Origin: Roseibacillus sp.
GTDB taxonomy: Bacteria > Verrucomicrobiota > Verrucomicrobiia > Verrucomicrobiales > Akkermansiaceae
Assembly (NCBI GenBank): GCA_051251855.1
Contig: JBPOGI010000001.1
Coordinates: 384,001-448,000, forward strand
Direction of reading: 5' to 3'
DNA length: 64,000 nucleotides
Under the pieces are notes generated by a model. That model saw nothing but the letters and a program-made list of their open reading frames with translations, was not told the DNA's origin and did no database searches. This document shows, in pieces, positions 27,465 to 39,455 of this stretch. Positions within the stretch are counted from its first letter, which is position 1, and the number at the start of each line of letters is the position of its first letter. A program made the translations under genes and the position numbers.

Positions 27465-30206
27465 CTAGCGTTCTTGTTTCTTCAGGACGATGGTGGTGAG
27501 AAGAGTGAAGATGGGGATGAAGAGGGCGAGCTTGAGCAAGTCGCCACTCAATTCGCGAAAGGTGAGACCTTTGGTGAAGGCTCCCACACTGGTGTGCATG
27601 TAGTAGGTAGTTGGCCAGATTGTTCCGATGCTTTTGGCAACTCCTTCGAGGGTCGAGACTGGTTGTAACATGCCGGAAAACTGAACGGTCGGTAAGATGG
27701 CTAAAATGGCGGTGCCAAAGACCGCGGCAACTTGGCTGGAAGTAAAAGTGGAAATCAGAAGGCCAAGCCCGGTGGTTCCAATGATGTAGAGAAGTGCACC
27801 GAGGGTGAGGGCGAACCCGTCTCCCTTGATAGGCACCTTGAAGATAAAGAGCGTGAGCAGGGTGAGTATGGCAAAATTCAGCATTCCAATCGCGATGTAG
27901 GGGAGTTGCTTGCCGATGATGAATTCGATCTTCTTGCTTGGGGTGACGTAGAAATTCGTGATGGATCCCAGTTCCTTCTCACGCACCACGCTCAAGGCCA
28001 TGAGAATTGCAGGGATGAGAATCAGCAGCATGGCCGGGATGGAGGGAACGAGAGCATTGATGCTTTTGAAGCTGGGGTTGTAGCGGTAGCGGGGCTCGAT
28101 AGTGGCTGGTAGATAGGCTGGCACTTCGCCGATGGTCCGACGGGCGAGATCCTCGAGGTAGTTGAGATGGTTTCCCTTTACATAGCCGTCGATGGTCTCG
28201 CCTCGGAAGGGAGCCGAGCCATCGATCCAAGCTGAAATGGTGGGAGCATGACCGCGCTTTAGATCCTTGCCGAAGTTCGGTGGAATTTCGTAGGCGACGG
28301 TGATGTCATTGGCTCTCATTCGTTCACTCATCTCGTGAGAATTACTGAGAGGCGCTTGTTCGGAAAAGTAGGGAGAACTGGAAAGGTTCTGTAGGTAGGT
28401 GATGCTTTCCGGAGTTTGGTCGAGGTCGAGAATGGCATAGCGGATGTCTTCAACATCCGTGTTCATGCCATAGCCAAAGAGCAGCATCAGGAGAACCGAG
28501 CCTACGAAAGCGAAAACGAGCCGAATGGGATCACGCATGACCTCGAGTGACTCGCGGCGGCTGAAGGCAAAGAGACGGGTCAAGCTGAAGTTGCCTTGGT
28601 CCGTAGCTTGGCTTTGAGAGGGAAGTGGAGCATCATTCTTGGACGCACTTGAAGGGGAGTTTTTTGTCTCGGTGATCGCTTCCTCAATGTAAGAAATGAA
28701 GGCCTCCTCGAGGCTGTCCGCTTTGCGTGATTCTTTCAGAGCCGTGGGACTGTCACAGGCCAGCACCTTACCGGCGTGCATCAGAGAGATGCGGTCACAG
28801 CGCATGGCTTCATTCATGAAGTGAGTTGAGATGAAGATGGTGACCTTGTCCTCGCGAGCGAGAGTAATGAGCAGTTCCCAAAAGATATCGCGCGCCACGG
28901 GGTCGACTCCCGAAGTGGGCTCATCGAGAATGAGCATCTCGGGTTCGTGAATGATGGCCACCGCGAGAGAAAGCCGCTGGCGAACGCCCAAGGGGAGTTT
29001 GCCAGACAATCGGTCGGCGCTATCGACTAGATCGAATCGCTCTAACAGCTCTGAGATGCGGGAGGGAACTCGTGTTTTTGCGAGGTCGAATAGGCGCGCG
29101 TGAAGGACGAGGTTTTGGCGGACGGTGAGCTCTGAATAGAGCGAGAACGCCTGCGACATGTAGCCGACCCGTTTACGAGCCTTCAGATTGTGAGCGTCAA
29201 TGGGGTGGCCAAAGAGTTCTGCCGTTCCCTCGGAGGCCGGTAAAAGACCGGTAAGAACCTTCATGGTGGTGGTCTTTCCGCAACCGTTTGAGCCCAGAAA
29301 GCCAAAGATTTCGCCACGATGAATCGAGAAGCTGACGTTGTCCACCGCGGTGAATTTTCCAAAGCGCCTGGTCAGTCCTTTTGCGACGATGACAGGCTTG
29401 CTCTCGGTCTGGGTGAAGGGAGGAATGGTGAGTTTGTGGCTGGAACCCTTTTGTTGATCAGGGAGAAGAGCGATGAATGCGTCTTCGAGGCTTTCGGTCC
29501 TAGTTTCGCATTTCAAATGAGTCGGGGAACCTGTCGCGAGAATTTTTCCCGCATCCATGGCCGCCAACCAATCGAACTGCTCGGCTTCGTCCATGTAGGC
29601 GGTGGAAACGAGAACGCTCATGCCGGGGCGTTCGACGCGGATGGAGTCAATGAGGTCCCAGAACTGCCGTCGAGAGAGAGGGTCAACGCCGGTTGTTGGC
29701 TCATCGAGGATGAGGAGATCGGGGTCGTGAATGAGCGCACAGCAAAGGCCGAGTTTTTGCTTCATGCCGCCTGATAGATTTCCTGCAGGACGATCGGGAA
29801 AGGGATCAAGGCCGGTGGCTTTCAGGAGAACTGCGATGCGCTCCCGGCGTTCAGCTGCAGCTTGCCCAAAGAGGCGGGCAAAAAAATCGAGATTCTCAGT
29901 GACACTGAGTTCCGCGTAGAGATTCTTTCCGAGTCCCTGTGGCATGTAGGCGATGCGTGGGCAGACGAGGGTTCGATGTCTTTGGTTTCCAATGTCTCCT
30001 TTCAGCACCTCGACATGACCCTCTTGGATGATTCTCACCCCCGAGACCAATGCCAACATCGTCGATTTTCCCACGCCGTCCGGCCCGATGATTCCGGCCA
30101 TGCAACCTTGTGGGATTTCCAAAGTGACATCGTCAAGCGCCTTGTTTTTCCCGTAGTAATGGGAAACTTTAGAGAGGCTGGCAACCGCTGTAGGGTGTTC
30201 CGGCAT
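27465..30206 (-). CDS. rbbA: Ribosome-associated ATPase / ABC transporter RbbA
   Basis: Two ABC domains (GPDGVGKS; GSNGCGKTT) fused to an ABC-2 permease (VVREKELGSITNFYVTP); likely ATG at 30206. Confidence 0.9.
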   Translation of the reverse strand: MPEHPTAVASLSKVSHYYGKNKALDDVTLEIPQGCMAGIIGPDGVGKSTMLALVSGVRIIQEGHVEVLKGDIGNQRHRTLVCPRIAYMPQGLGKNLYAELSVTENLDFFARLFGQAAAERRERIAVLLKATGLDPFPDRPAGNLSGGMKQKLGLCCALIHDPDLLILDEPTTGVDPLSRRQFWDLIDSIRVERPGMSVLVSTAYMDEAEQFDWLAAMDAGKILATGSPTHLKCETRTESLEDAFIALLPDQQKGSSHKLTIPPFTQTESKPVIVAKGLTRRFGKFTAVDNVSFSIHRGEIFGFLGSNGCGKTTTMKVLTGLLPASEGTAELFGHPIDAHNLKARKRVGYMSQAFSLYSELTVRQNLVLHARLFDLAKTRVPSRISELLERFDLVDSADRLSGKLPLGVRQRLSLAVAIIHEPEMLILDEPTSGVDPVARDIFWELLITLAREDKVTIFISTHFMNEAMRCDRISLMHAGKVLACDSPTALKESRKADSLEEAFISYIEEAITETKNSPSSASKNDAPLPSQSQATDQGNFSLTRLFAFSRRESLEVMRDPIRLVFAFVGSVLLMLLFGYGMNTDVEDIRYAILDLDQTPESITYLQNLSSSPYFSEQAPLSNSHEMSERMRANDITVAYEIPPNFGKDLKRGHAPTISAWIDGSAPFRGETIDGYVKGNHLNYLEDLARRTIGEVPAYLPATIEPRYRYNPSFKSINALVPSIPAMLLILIPAILMALSVVREKELGSITNFYVTPSKKIEFIIGKQLPYIAIGMLNFAILTLLTLFIFKVPIKGDGFALTLGALLYIIGTTGLGLLISTFTSSQVAAVFGTAILAILPTVQFSGMLQPVSTLEGVAKSIGTIWPTTYYMHTSVGAFTKGLTFRELSGDLLKLALFIPIFTLLTTIVLKKQER

Positions 30207-30211
30207 CGGGA

Positions 30212-31237
30212 CTATTGGGGATCTCCTGGATAACGTTTTTCGAGAAAGAGAGGCCATGTTGCGGAGTCATCAAGGCGGACATAGCCGATGCCGCGCACTC
30301 CGGTTTTTACTTTCTCGATGTGCTTTAGGACGAGTTCTTGTGGGATGCGAATCTTCACGCGAAACATCAGTTTTTGTCGCTCACTCAGGGTCTCGACCTG
30401 CTTGGGCGTGAATTGCGCCTCCGGAGAAACAAAACTGACGACGGCAGGAATGGCATACTCTGAGGATGCGGAATCGATGGTGATGCGGGCTTCCGAGCCG
30501 ATGGATATTTTTCCGGCGTCACCTGAGGGGAGAAACACTTCCATGTAGACTTCGCTCAGATCGAGAAGGGTGAGAACTTTGCCTCCGGCTCCTAAGATCT
30601 CGCCATCTTCTGCCAATTGAAAGAGGACGCGTCCGAAGGTGGATGACTTCAAGATACATTCGTCGAGTTGAATCTGAATCTGATCGACGGTGGCTTGTGC
30701 GGCATCGACCATGCTCTTGGAGGTCGCGTGGTGAGACTTGGCGGCTGTGAAGGCGGCCTGTGCCGAGTCCCGTTGCGCCTGACGTTGGTCGCCAACGCGC
30801 TTTGCCATCGAGCCTCTTTCGATGAGTGGTAGGGCGCGATCAAGCTCCTGTTGCGCTAGCGTGAGATTGCTTTCTCTCTGTTCGATCAGTGCTGCTGCTT
30901 CGATAACGGATTCCTTTGCCGTCGAAAGCTGCGCCTGAGCCCTCGCAAATTGGGTTTTCATTTCGGCGGTGTCCATGCGCGCGAGAATTTGTCCCGGCTT
31001 TACCATATCACCTTCGTCCACCAGCACTTCCTGAACACGTCCGGGATACTTTGTCGAGATGTCCACCTGATCTGTTTCGATGCGACCGTTGCCACTCACG
31101 ATTCCTTGGGGAAGTGTGGAGGGAGGTTCGCGATTTAAAAACCAGATGCCGCCTCCTAACAGGGCCGCTACCACTATGATGATTGGGAGCCGCAAGTTGG
31201 TGGCTCCTCGATGATGGGTGACCTTTTTTGTTTTCAT
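30212..31237 (-). CDS. HlyD-family membrane fusion protein (YhiI-like)
   Basis: SGNGRIE, VDEGDMVKPGQILA, AQFTPKQVET..ERQKLMFRVK. Confidence 0.9.
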   Translation of the reverse strand: MKTKKVTHHRGATNLRLPIIIVVAALLGGGIWFLNREPPSTLPQGIVSGNGRIETDQVDISTKYPGRVQEVLVDEGDMVKPGQILARMDTAEMKTQFARAQAQLSTAKESVIEAAALIEQRESNLTLAQQELDRALPLIERGSMAKRVGDQRQAQRDSAQAAFTAAKSHHATSKSMVDAAQATVDQIQIQLDECILKSSTFGRVLFQLAEDGEILGAGGKVLTLLDLSEVYMEVFLPSGDAGKISIGSEARITIDSASSEYAIPAVVSFVSPEAQFTPKQVETLSERQKLMFRVKIRIPQELVLKHIEKVKTGVRGIGYVRLDDSATWPLFLEKRYPGDPQ

Positions 31238-31249
31238 TTTGATGAGCTG

Positions 31250-32665
31250 TTATTGCCAACCACCACCAAGAGCTTTGTAGAGCATGATGATGTTGGTGGT
31301 GACTTGCGCGTTACTTTGGGTGAGTTGATCTTGGACTTGGAAAAGGGAGCGCTGGGCGTCGAGGACGGTTAGAAAACTGGTCTCGCCGCTGCGGTAGAGG
31401 TCTTGCGCAATCTTGACGCTCTTCCCGGTGGCGGCTTCGGCTCGCATGAGGGAATCGCGTCGAACCATTTCCTTGCCGTAGGAGACTAGGGCGTCTTCGA
31501 CGTCTTTGAGGGCGTTCAAGATGGTTGCCTCGTAGGCGATGAGAGCCTGCTTCTGTTTCTCGTTCTGAATGACGATGTTTTTTCGGACGCGGCCGGCACT
31601 GAAGATGTTCCATTCGACCGATGGTCCGACGTTGAAAACGCGGCTGGCGGATTCGAGAAAATCGCCGGAATCGAGCGACTCCAGACCCACGGTTCCGAAC
31701 AAGGTGAGCTTGGGATAGAGGTCGGCAACCGCGACTCCAACCTTCGCTGTTTGGGCCGCAAGTTCGCGTTCGGCTTGGCGGACATCGGGACGACGGCGCA
31801 GGACTTCGGCGGGGATTCCCACCGCAATGTTGGCGGGTGCGATGGGGATGGGGCGACGTTCGCGTAGTTCACTTTTCAGCGAACCGGGAGCTCTGCCGAG
31901 GAGCACTGCGAGACGGTGTTGTGCTTGAGATAGAGCGGACTGAATACTAGGGATTTCCGAGCGAGTGGCCTCAAGATTCGCGCGCGCCTGATTGAGATCG
32001 AGCTGTGAAACCTCGCCTGCTTTGACATTCGCTTCCACCAGCTTGAGGGTTTCGGCCTGCGCATCACGGTTCGCTTCGGCGACTGTGAGACGCGATTGAT
32101 AGGTGCGGATTTCGGTGTAGTTGAGAGCGACCTCCGCGAGAAGGGTCACCCGGACATCGCCATAGGATTCCATTTTGGCTTCGACGTTGGCGTTGGCTGC
32201 TTCTGCTTGTCTGCGAATGCCGCCAAAGAGATCGAGTTCCCATCCGGCGTCGAAGCCTCCCGAGTAGACGGTTCCTGTTGGATAGGGGGTTCGTGCCGTT
32301 TGACTGAATTCGGTGCGAATGACATCACCGCTGGCGTTGATGGTAGGGAATTTTGCACTCCCAGCGACGATGCGCTGAGCGCGGGCTTCCATGAGTCTGG
32401 AAGCTGCCGCTTTCAGGCTCAGGTTTCCCGCGATGGCTCGGTTGACCAGATTCGTGAGCTGGCGATCATCAAACGTTTTCCACCATCCATTGAGTGCCTT
32501 CTTGTCGAGAGGTCCTGCATAGGGACCATTGCTCCCGACACCATTCCAACTGCCTGGGGTCTTGATATCTGGTTCCTTGTAATCCTTCCCCACCGTGCAA
32601 CCTGCGAGAAGAGCGGTAGCGACCAGTTGCGGAACGCGCCGAGTCGGAATGATCTTCAAAAGCAT
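31250..32665 (-). CDS. Outer-membrane efflux lipoprotein (NodT/OprM family)
   Basis: Lipobox LLAG-C; WELDLFG; RRRPDVRQAERELAA; LYKALGGGW. Confidence 0.93.
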   Translation of the reverse strand: MLLKIIPTRRVPQLVATALLAGCTVGKDYKEPDIKTPGSWNGVGSNGPYAGPLDKKALNGWWKTFDDRQLTNLVNRAIAGNLSLKAAASRLMEARAQRIVAGSAKFPTINASGDVIRTEFSQTARTPYPTGTVYSGGFDAGWELDLFGGIRRQAEAANANVEAKMESYGDVRVTLLAEVALNYTEIRTYQSRLTVAEANRDAQAETLKLVEANVKAGEVSQLDLNQARANLEATRSEIPSIQSALSQAQHRLAVLLGRAPGSLKSELRERRPIPIAPANIAVGIPAEVLRRRPDVRQAERELAAQTAKVGVAVADLYPKLTLFGTVGLESLDSGDFLESASRVFNVGPSVEWNIFSAGRVRKNIVIQNEKQKQALIAYEATILNALKDVEDALVSYGKEMVRRDSLMRAEAATGKSVKIAQDLYRSGETSFLTVLDAQRSLFQVQDQLTQSNAQVTTNIIMLYKALGGGWQ

Positions 32666-32878
32666 GTGCTGACCTTGGGAGACGACAAGAGAATCCGCAC
32701 CGCAGATATTGCCATTTACTAGGCTCGTATTTGCCGGATTGCAGATTATGGACTGTCATTAGGCCTCGATTGGCAACTCTCCGGATATACGCTCCGCATT
32801 TTGGGGGGGAAGGAGCCTCCTTTGGGATGAGTTGCTATGAAGATAGCTTGAAAACTAATTAGCAGAGCGCCAGAAGGC

Positions 32879-33742
32879 TCAGCGTGCTCCGAATCCGGCG
32901 ATGAGATCGAAGAGTTCTTCGTCGATGGTGGTTTGGCGCTGATGATTGTAGTCGAGGCTGAGAAGTTGTTGACGATCGTTGATGTTCTTCTCGGCGAGCT
33001 GCATCGCGACCAGACGGGCGGCGTGCTCGGCAGCGCACGATTCGGCGCAGCTTCGAAAAATTGAGGTGAAAAGATATTCGCGGATGAGAGTGGCAAGATC
33101 GTCAGAAGGGTCGCCAAGCATTTCTGGTAAAAGCTTCGTCGGCCAAGGAAGTGTGAGGGTCTTTTTCCTCCACTGTTCATCGAGAGGGAGAAGCTGATGA
33201 ACGTGTTGTTCGTATGAGCCTCTGACGATGGGATGATTGTGTGAAAGGAATACGGCTCCTACTTCATTGCGCTCTCTGGAGTCTTCCATTTTGAGGAGGA
33301 TTTCTGTTACCAATGAGGTAATCGCCTCCACTGAACTTGGAGTCTGGAAAACATGAGCCACGGGAATTCCGGCATTTTCTAGTCTCATCTGCACGCGTTC
33401 GCCTACTGCCCAGATGACGGGGGATGGGACTGCTTTCTGGGTGAGTTGAACGACCTCATCCACGAGTCGCTCGTTGAATTGTCCCACCATGCCTTGATCG
33501 GTTCCGAGAACTAGGAAGCCGCTTGGAAGGGCTTCGCTCTGGTTCAATGGTGCGGGTTGGGTGGATCTCAGGCAGAGGGAGAGAGCGAGTTCGACAGTGT
33601 GATAGTAGTCGCTGAGAGCAACCGTGGCCTCTTCAAAGGAAGTGATGCTTGCTGCTGACATCGCTTTCATTGTCTTGACGACGCTGCTAAGGTCATCGGT
33701 GCTCTTGATGCGACGCCGTATCTCGATGAGTGTCTCTCCCAT
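32879..33742 (-). CDS. atpG: N-ATPase gamma subunit
   Basis: VVKTMKAMSA; GTDQGMVGQFN; EHAARLVAMQ.AEKNI; RQTTIDEELFDLIAG. Confidence 0.92.
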   Translation of the reverse strand: MGETLIEIRRRIKSTDDLSSVVKTMKAMSAASITSFEEATVALSDYYHTVELALSLCLRSTQPAPLNQSEALPSGFLVLGTDQGMVGQFNERLVDEVVQLTQKAVPSPVIWAVGERVQMRLENAGIPVAHVFQTPSSVEAITSLVTEILLKMEDSRERNEVGAVFLSHNHPIVRGSYEQHVHQLLPLDEQWRKKTLTLPWPTKLLPEMLGDPSDDLATLIREYLFTSIFRSCAESCAAEHAARLVAMQLAEKNINDRQQLLSLDYNHQRQTTIDEELFDLIAGFGAR

Positions 33743-33746
33743 AGGT

Positions 33747-35270
33747 TCAGATTGTTTTGAGTTCGCTTTCCACGATTTGGGCAATGTTTGTTCGATCTTC
33801 GTTAGTGATTTTTTCCTGTGAAAGGAGACGTTTTGAAAGCTCGGGGGACAATGCTTGGACGGATCGTTTGACGGTGCTTTCTGCGTGCTCCATTTCTTCT
33901 AGGGGAATGCGATCGAAAAGACCTTCTGTGAGGGCGATGAGAATGGTGATTTGTTCGAGGGTCGTGAGAGGGGAAAACTCTGACTGAAGAAGGATTGCGC
34001 GAATCCGGCGGCCCCGTTCCAGAATCGCTCGGGTCCGGTCATCCAGCCTGGTGCCGAAGCGTGCGAAGACTTCCATTTCTTCAAATTGCGCGTAGGCGAG
34101 TTTGAGAGGACCGGAGAGTTGGTGAAAGACCTTGAGCTGTGCCTTGCCTCCGACGCGTGAAACGGACTTTCCAATGTCGATGGCTGGGAGTTGCCCAAGT
34201 TCAAAGAGGCGCGGGGAAAGGTAAAGTTGGCCATCAGTGATAGAGATGAGGTTGGTGGGAATGTAGTCCGATAGGTTTTCAGCTTCGGTTTGAATGATGG
34301 GCAAGGCTGTTAGGGAACCTCCGCCTAAATCATCGGCAAGATGAGTCGAGCGCTCCAAAAGTCGGGAATGGATGTAGAAGATGTCACCAGGAAAGGCCTC
34401 GCGACCGGGCGGTCGGCGAAGGAGCAGTGAGAGCTCACGGTAGGCCCGTGCGTGATGGGTCAAGTCATCATAGACGATGAGCACGTCGTGTCCTTTTTCC
34501 ATGAAGTGTTCCGCAATGGAGGTTGCGGCATAAGGCGCGAGAAAGCGCAGTCCTGGTGGATCATTGCCCTCTGTTACAACGACGACGGTGTAGTCCATCG
34601 CTCCCTGTTCACGCAGGGACTCGATCGCTCTTGCTACGGAGGAAGTGCGCTGCCCAATCGAGCAGTAAATGCAAATGACATCCTGATCGCGTTGGTTAGC
34701 GATAGCATCCAGAGCGATGGCGGTTTTTCCCGTCTGCCGGTCTCCGAGAATGAGCTGACGCTGACCACGACCAATGGGAACCAAGGCGTCAATGACCTTG
34801 ATTCCGGTCTGTAGTGGCACGGTCACAGGAACGCGGTCCATGATGTGGGGCGAAGGGCGCTCAATGGGGAGACGGTCCGTGGTCTTAGGAGGAGCAAGAT
34901 CATCGAGGGGATTTCCCAACGAGTCGATGACTCGGCCCAGCAATTCGTCTCCTACCGGGATGTCAATGACGCGGCCCGTGCGCTCGACCTCGGTGCCATT
35001 CAGGACTTGAGAGCTTTCGCAGAGTAGGACAATGCCATTGTCCTCTTCATCGATGTTGAAAGCGATGCCATAGGCTCCTCCTTCAAATCGCACCAGTTCG
35101 TCATAGCCGAGACCTGGCAGGCCGGAAACCTGAGCGACTCCAGTAGTCACTGTGTGCACGATGCCGACCTCACGGACTTCCATCCGGTGCGTGAAGGAGT
35201 CGCGAGCCTGGGCTAAATCCGCGAGGGAATCACGCAGGGGCAAGAACGGGCTGTTGAGTTGATGGGGCAT
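33747..35270 (-). CDS. atpA: N-ATPase alpha subunit
   Basis: GDRQTGKT; RRPPGREAFPGD; IPTNLISITDGQ; likely ATG at 35270. Confidence 0.95.
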   Translation of the reverse strand: MPHQLNSPFLPLRDSLADLAQARDSFTHRMEVREVGIVHTVTTGVAQVSGLPGLGYDELVRFEGGAYGIAFNIDEEDNGIVLLCESSQVLNGTEVERTGRVIDIPVGDELLGRVIDSLGNPLDDLAPPKTTDRLPIERPSPHIMDRVPVTVPLQTGIKVIDALVPIGRGQRQLILGDRQTGKTAIALDAIANQRDQDVICIYCSIGQRTSSVARAIESLREQGAMDYTVVVVTEGNDPPGLRFLAPYAATSIAEHFMEKGHDVLIVYDDLTHHARAYRELSLLLRRPPGREAFPGDIFYIHSRLLERSTHLADDLGGGSLTALPIIQTEAENLSDYIPTNLISITDGQLYLSPRLFELGQLPAIDIGKSVSRVGGKAQLKVFHQLSGPLKLAYAQFEEMEVFARFGTRLDDRTRAILERGRRIRAILLQSEFSPLTTLEQITILIALTEGLFDRIPLEEMEHAESTVKRSVQALSPELSKRLLSQEKITNEDRTNIAQIVESELKTI

Positions 35271-36036
35271 CTTTGGGAGTTTTGGTCTGCAGAAGATTGT
35301 TGAGGCAGGTTTCAAGAGACCTCAAATAGTCCTTGATGGTCCAAGTGATTTTCTGTCCATCGACAGCCAGTTCGATTCCAAAACCGAGCGATGAACTCGT
35401 TTCAAATTTCAAGGGAACCTTGCCCAGAATTTTAGTAACGGAATCTTCCAGAAGCATTTGGTCATCCTTCGTCAGTTCAAAGGTGCTGCGGATCAGAGCG
35501 GGGAGCTCTACAGACTCTTTCAAAGATTCGCGCAGACGTTTCTTTTCGTCTTCCCTTAGGTCAGTGAGACGTTGGCAGAATTTGTGAGCCATGCGTTGCT
35601 GGAGTTCGCTGTCGGCGAGGTCGTTGAGGAGTCGCTGGGAAATAGCGATCACTTCCGCTCGTGCGCTTCGTGACATTTCTTGCTGAAAGTCCTCTTTTTC
35701 GCGCTTAAGAGCTTCCTGATAACGAAGCCTTGCAGTCTCGAATTCCTCTCGAGCTTCTTTCAGGAGACGCTGGTGTTCCTTTTCAGCCTCGGTTTTGGCC
35801 TCCTTCAGGAAGGTCTCACGCTGCTGAGTAATCTCGGCATTCTTTTGCTCAAAACGAGCCCGTTCCTCCTGAGTTTTCTTCTTTTCATCGTTCGCTTCTA
35901 CAATCGTCTTTTGGATCTGTTCCTTTCTTTCAGACATTGCCTTGAGGATGGGCTTGTAGAGAAATCGCTTGAGAATCCAAACAAGGATGAAGAAGTTTAG
36001 GATTTGCGCGACAAAGGTAAACCAGTCGATGTTCAT
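35230..36036 (-). CDS. atpF: N-ATPase b subunit (long form with delta-like C-terminus)
   Basis: DWFTFVAQILNFFILVWILKRFLYKP, coiled coil, GIELAVDGQKITW; no separate atpH gene. Confidence 0.92.
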   Translation of the reverse strand: MNIDWFTFVAQILNFFILVWILKRFLYKPILKAMSERKEQIQKTIVEANDEKKKTQEERARFEQKNAEITQQRETFLKEAKTEAEKEHQRLLKEAREEFETARLRYQEALKREKEDFQQEMSRSARAEVIAISQRLLNDLADSELQQRMAHKFCQRLTDLREDEKKRLRESLKESVELPALIRSTFELTKDDQMLLEDSVTKILGKVPLKFETSSSLGFGIELAVDGQKITWTIKDYLRSLETCLNNLLQTKTPKDAPSTQQPVLAPA

Positions 36037-36040
36037 AAGG

Positions 36041-36322
36041 CTACTTGTTGGCAGCTTCGGAAATCACGTGGTTCCAGAAGGGGTTTGCGAAAAGCAAAAT
36101 CATCGACACGACGAAGGCGTAGATGGCGAGTGATTCAATCATGGCGAGACCCACGAAGAGAGTCCTCGTGATGGTGCTGGCCGCGTCCGGTTGTTGGGCA
36201 ATGGAATTTAGGGCAGTTGCTACAGAACGGCCCTGACCAATGGCGGGGGCGATGCATCCTACAGCGGTTGAGAGGCTGGCTCCTGTGATCGAGATGAGCA
36301 TGGTGAGACTAGTGATGTCCAT
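36041..36322 (-). CDS. atpE: N-ATPase c subunit
   Basis: IAQQPDA...TRTLFVGLAMIESLAIY...LFANPF. Confidence 0.95.
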   Translation of the reverse strand: MDITSLTMLISITGASLSTAVGCIAPAIGQGRSVATALNSIAQQPDAASTITRTLFVGLAMIESLAIYAFVVSMILLFANPFWNHVISEAANK

Positions 36323-36326
36323 TTTC

Positions 36327-37040
36327 TTAGTTGTTTTCAGGTTGGAGTGATTGATTGGTGATGAGGCTCTTGGGTTTGTGATCTGCAGTGGCGGCTGCGA
36401 TGTAGACGGTGGCCAGAATACTGAAAATGTAGGCCTGAATGATGCCCGTCAGTAGTTCCAAGGCGTGGAAGAGGATGGGGAAAAATAGGGGGGCGAGCGC
36501 GATCGTGATTCCCATAATCATCGCTCCGCTCATGATGTTTCCGAACAGCCTCACTGCCAGAGCGAGAGTCCGAGAAACCTCGCCGATGATATTGAAAGGG
36601 AGCATGATGAAGGTGGGTTCGAGGTAGGTTTTGAGATAGCCTGCAAGACCACTTGCTTGAATGCCAAAGAAGGGGACAGCCATGAAGACGCAGATCGCGA
36701 GGGCGGCGGTGGTGGAAAGTGACCCTGTGGGTGCTTCGTAACCGGGGATGATTGCGCAGATGTTCGCGGTGGTGATGAAGATAAAGAGGGTGCCGATAAA
36801 GGGAAGGTAGTGTTCGGTTTCTTCCAATCCGATTTCTCGGATCTGATCTTGGATTCCGGTGACGATGATTTCGAGAAAGTTCTGCCAAGGCGAGATTTCG
36901 AGCTCAGACGAAAGACGCCGTGTGATGACATAGGCACCGAGTCCGAGAGCCATCATGAGTCCCCAGGTCGTGACGATGGTGGCATTGAGCTTCGCAAAGC
37001 CATGCTCCCAGAAGACGGCTTCATCAGGACTCAATTGCAT
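36327..37040 (-). CDS. atpB: N-ATPase a subunit
   Basis: PTGSLSTT; SRTLALAVRLFGNIMSG; IQAYIFSILATVYI. Confidence 0.95.
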   Translation of the reverse strand: MQLSPDEAVFWEHGFAKLNATIVTTWGLMMALGLGAYVITRRLSSELEISPWQNFLEIIVTGIQDQIREIGLEETEHYLPFIGTLFIFITTANICAIIPGYEAPTGSLSTTAALAICVFMAVPFFGIQASGLAGYLKTYLEPTFIMLPFNIIGEVSRTLALAVRLFGNIMSGAMIMGITIALAPLFFPILFHALELLTGIIQAYIFSILATVYIAAATADHKPKSLITNQSLQPENN

Positions 37041-37317
37041 GTTTCAAATCCTTTCCACGAGTGAAGTGAAAAATAATGACTCGGGAGATGACAAATCCTA
37101 CGAGGCAGGCAGCCATGGAGGAAAACTGACCCTTGCCCACCCAGTAGAAGGCTCCCAATACGATGGCAGTTCGGGCAAGGAAACTGAGTGGCAGCCAAAG
37201 AGCTGGGTATCTACACGTCGCAATTTGCTGAGTAGTAAACCAGAGGCCTCCAAAGAAGATGAGGCCAACAAGGACCCCGACGGAGGCGGCCACAGTAAGA
37301 TTTAGGAATTCATTCAT
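37024..37317 (-). CDS. atpR: N-ATPase accessory subunit AtpR
   Basis: GLIFFGGLWFT...SFLAR...GFVISR; position between atpQ and atpB; likely ATG at 37317. Confidence 0.85.
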   Translation of the reverse strand: MNEFLNLTVAASVGVLVGLIFFGGLWFTTQQIATCRYPALWLPLSFLARTAIVLGAFYWVGKGQFSSMAACLVGFVISRVIIFHFTRGKDLKHAIES

Positions 37318-37613
37318 TGTTAGATTCTTGTTCAGAATTGATGCTGCATTGTTCTTTGAAAATCCAGTGCCCCGCATTGAAGCAACCGACCATCAGGCCG
37401 GCAATCAGGAGAGCGAGTGTCCACGAGCGTTCTTCAGGTTGTGCAGAGTCCAGCCAGCGTCCAGCGGCGGCACCGATTAAAGTGGGAACGACGATGGACC
37501 AGCCAATTAACCCAAAGAAGCCAAAGCCCTGCCAAATGCTACGCATTCTGTTGCGTTTCGCCTTCAGCATGCGCTCTTCGCGGAGGCCGATCTCACGAGT
37601 GATGGGTGAGGGA

Positions 37614-37621
<8 letters not shown>
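37310..37621 (-). CDS. atpQ: N-ATPase AtpQ (AtpZ/AtpI family)
   Basis: GFGFFGLIGWSIVVPTLIG..GRWLD...WTLALL..GC.NA.HW. Confidence 0.87.
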
Positions 37622-39415
<1,794 letters not shown>

Positions 39416-39455
39416 CTAGCCTTTCGACGAATGGGGACCGCGCGGATGTTGCTGA

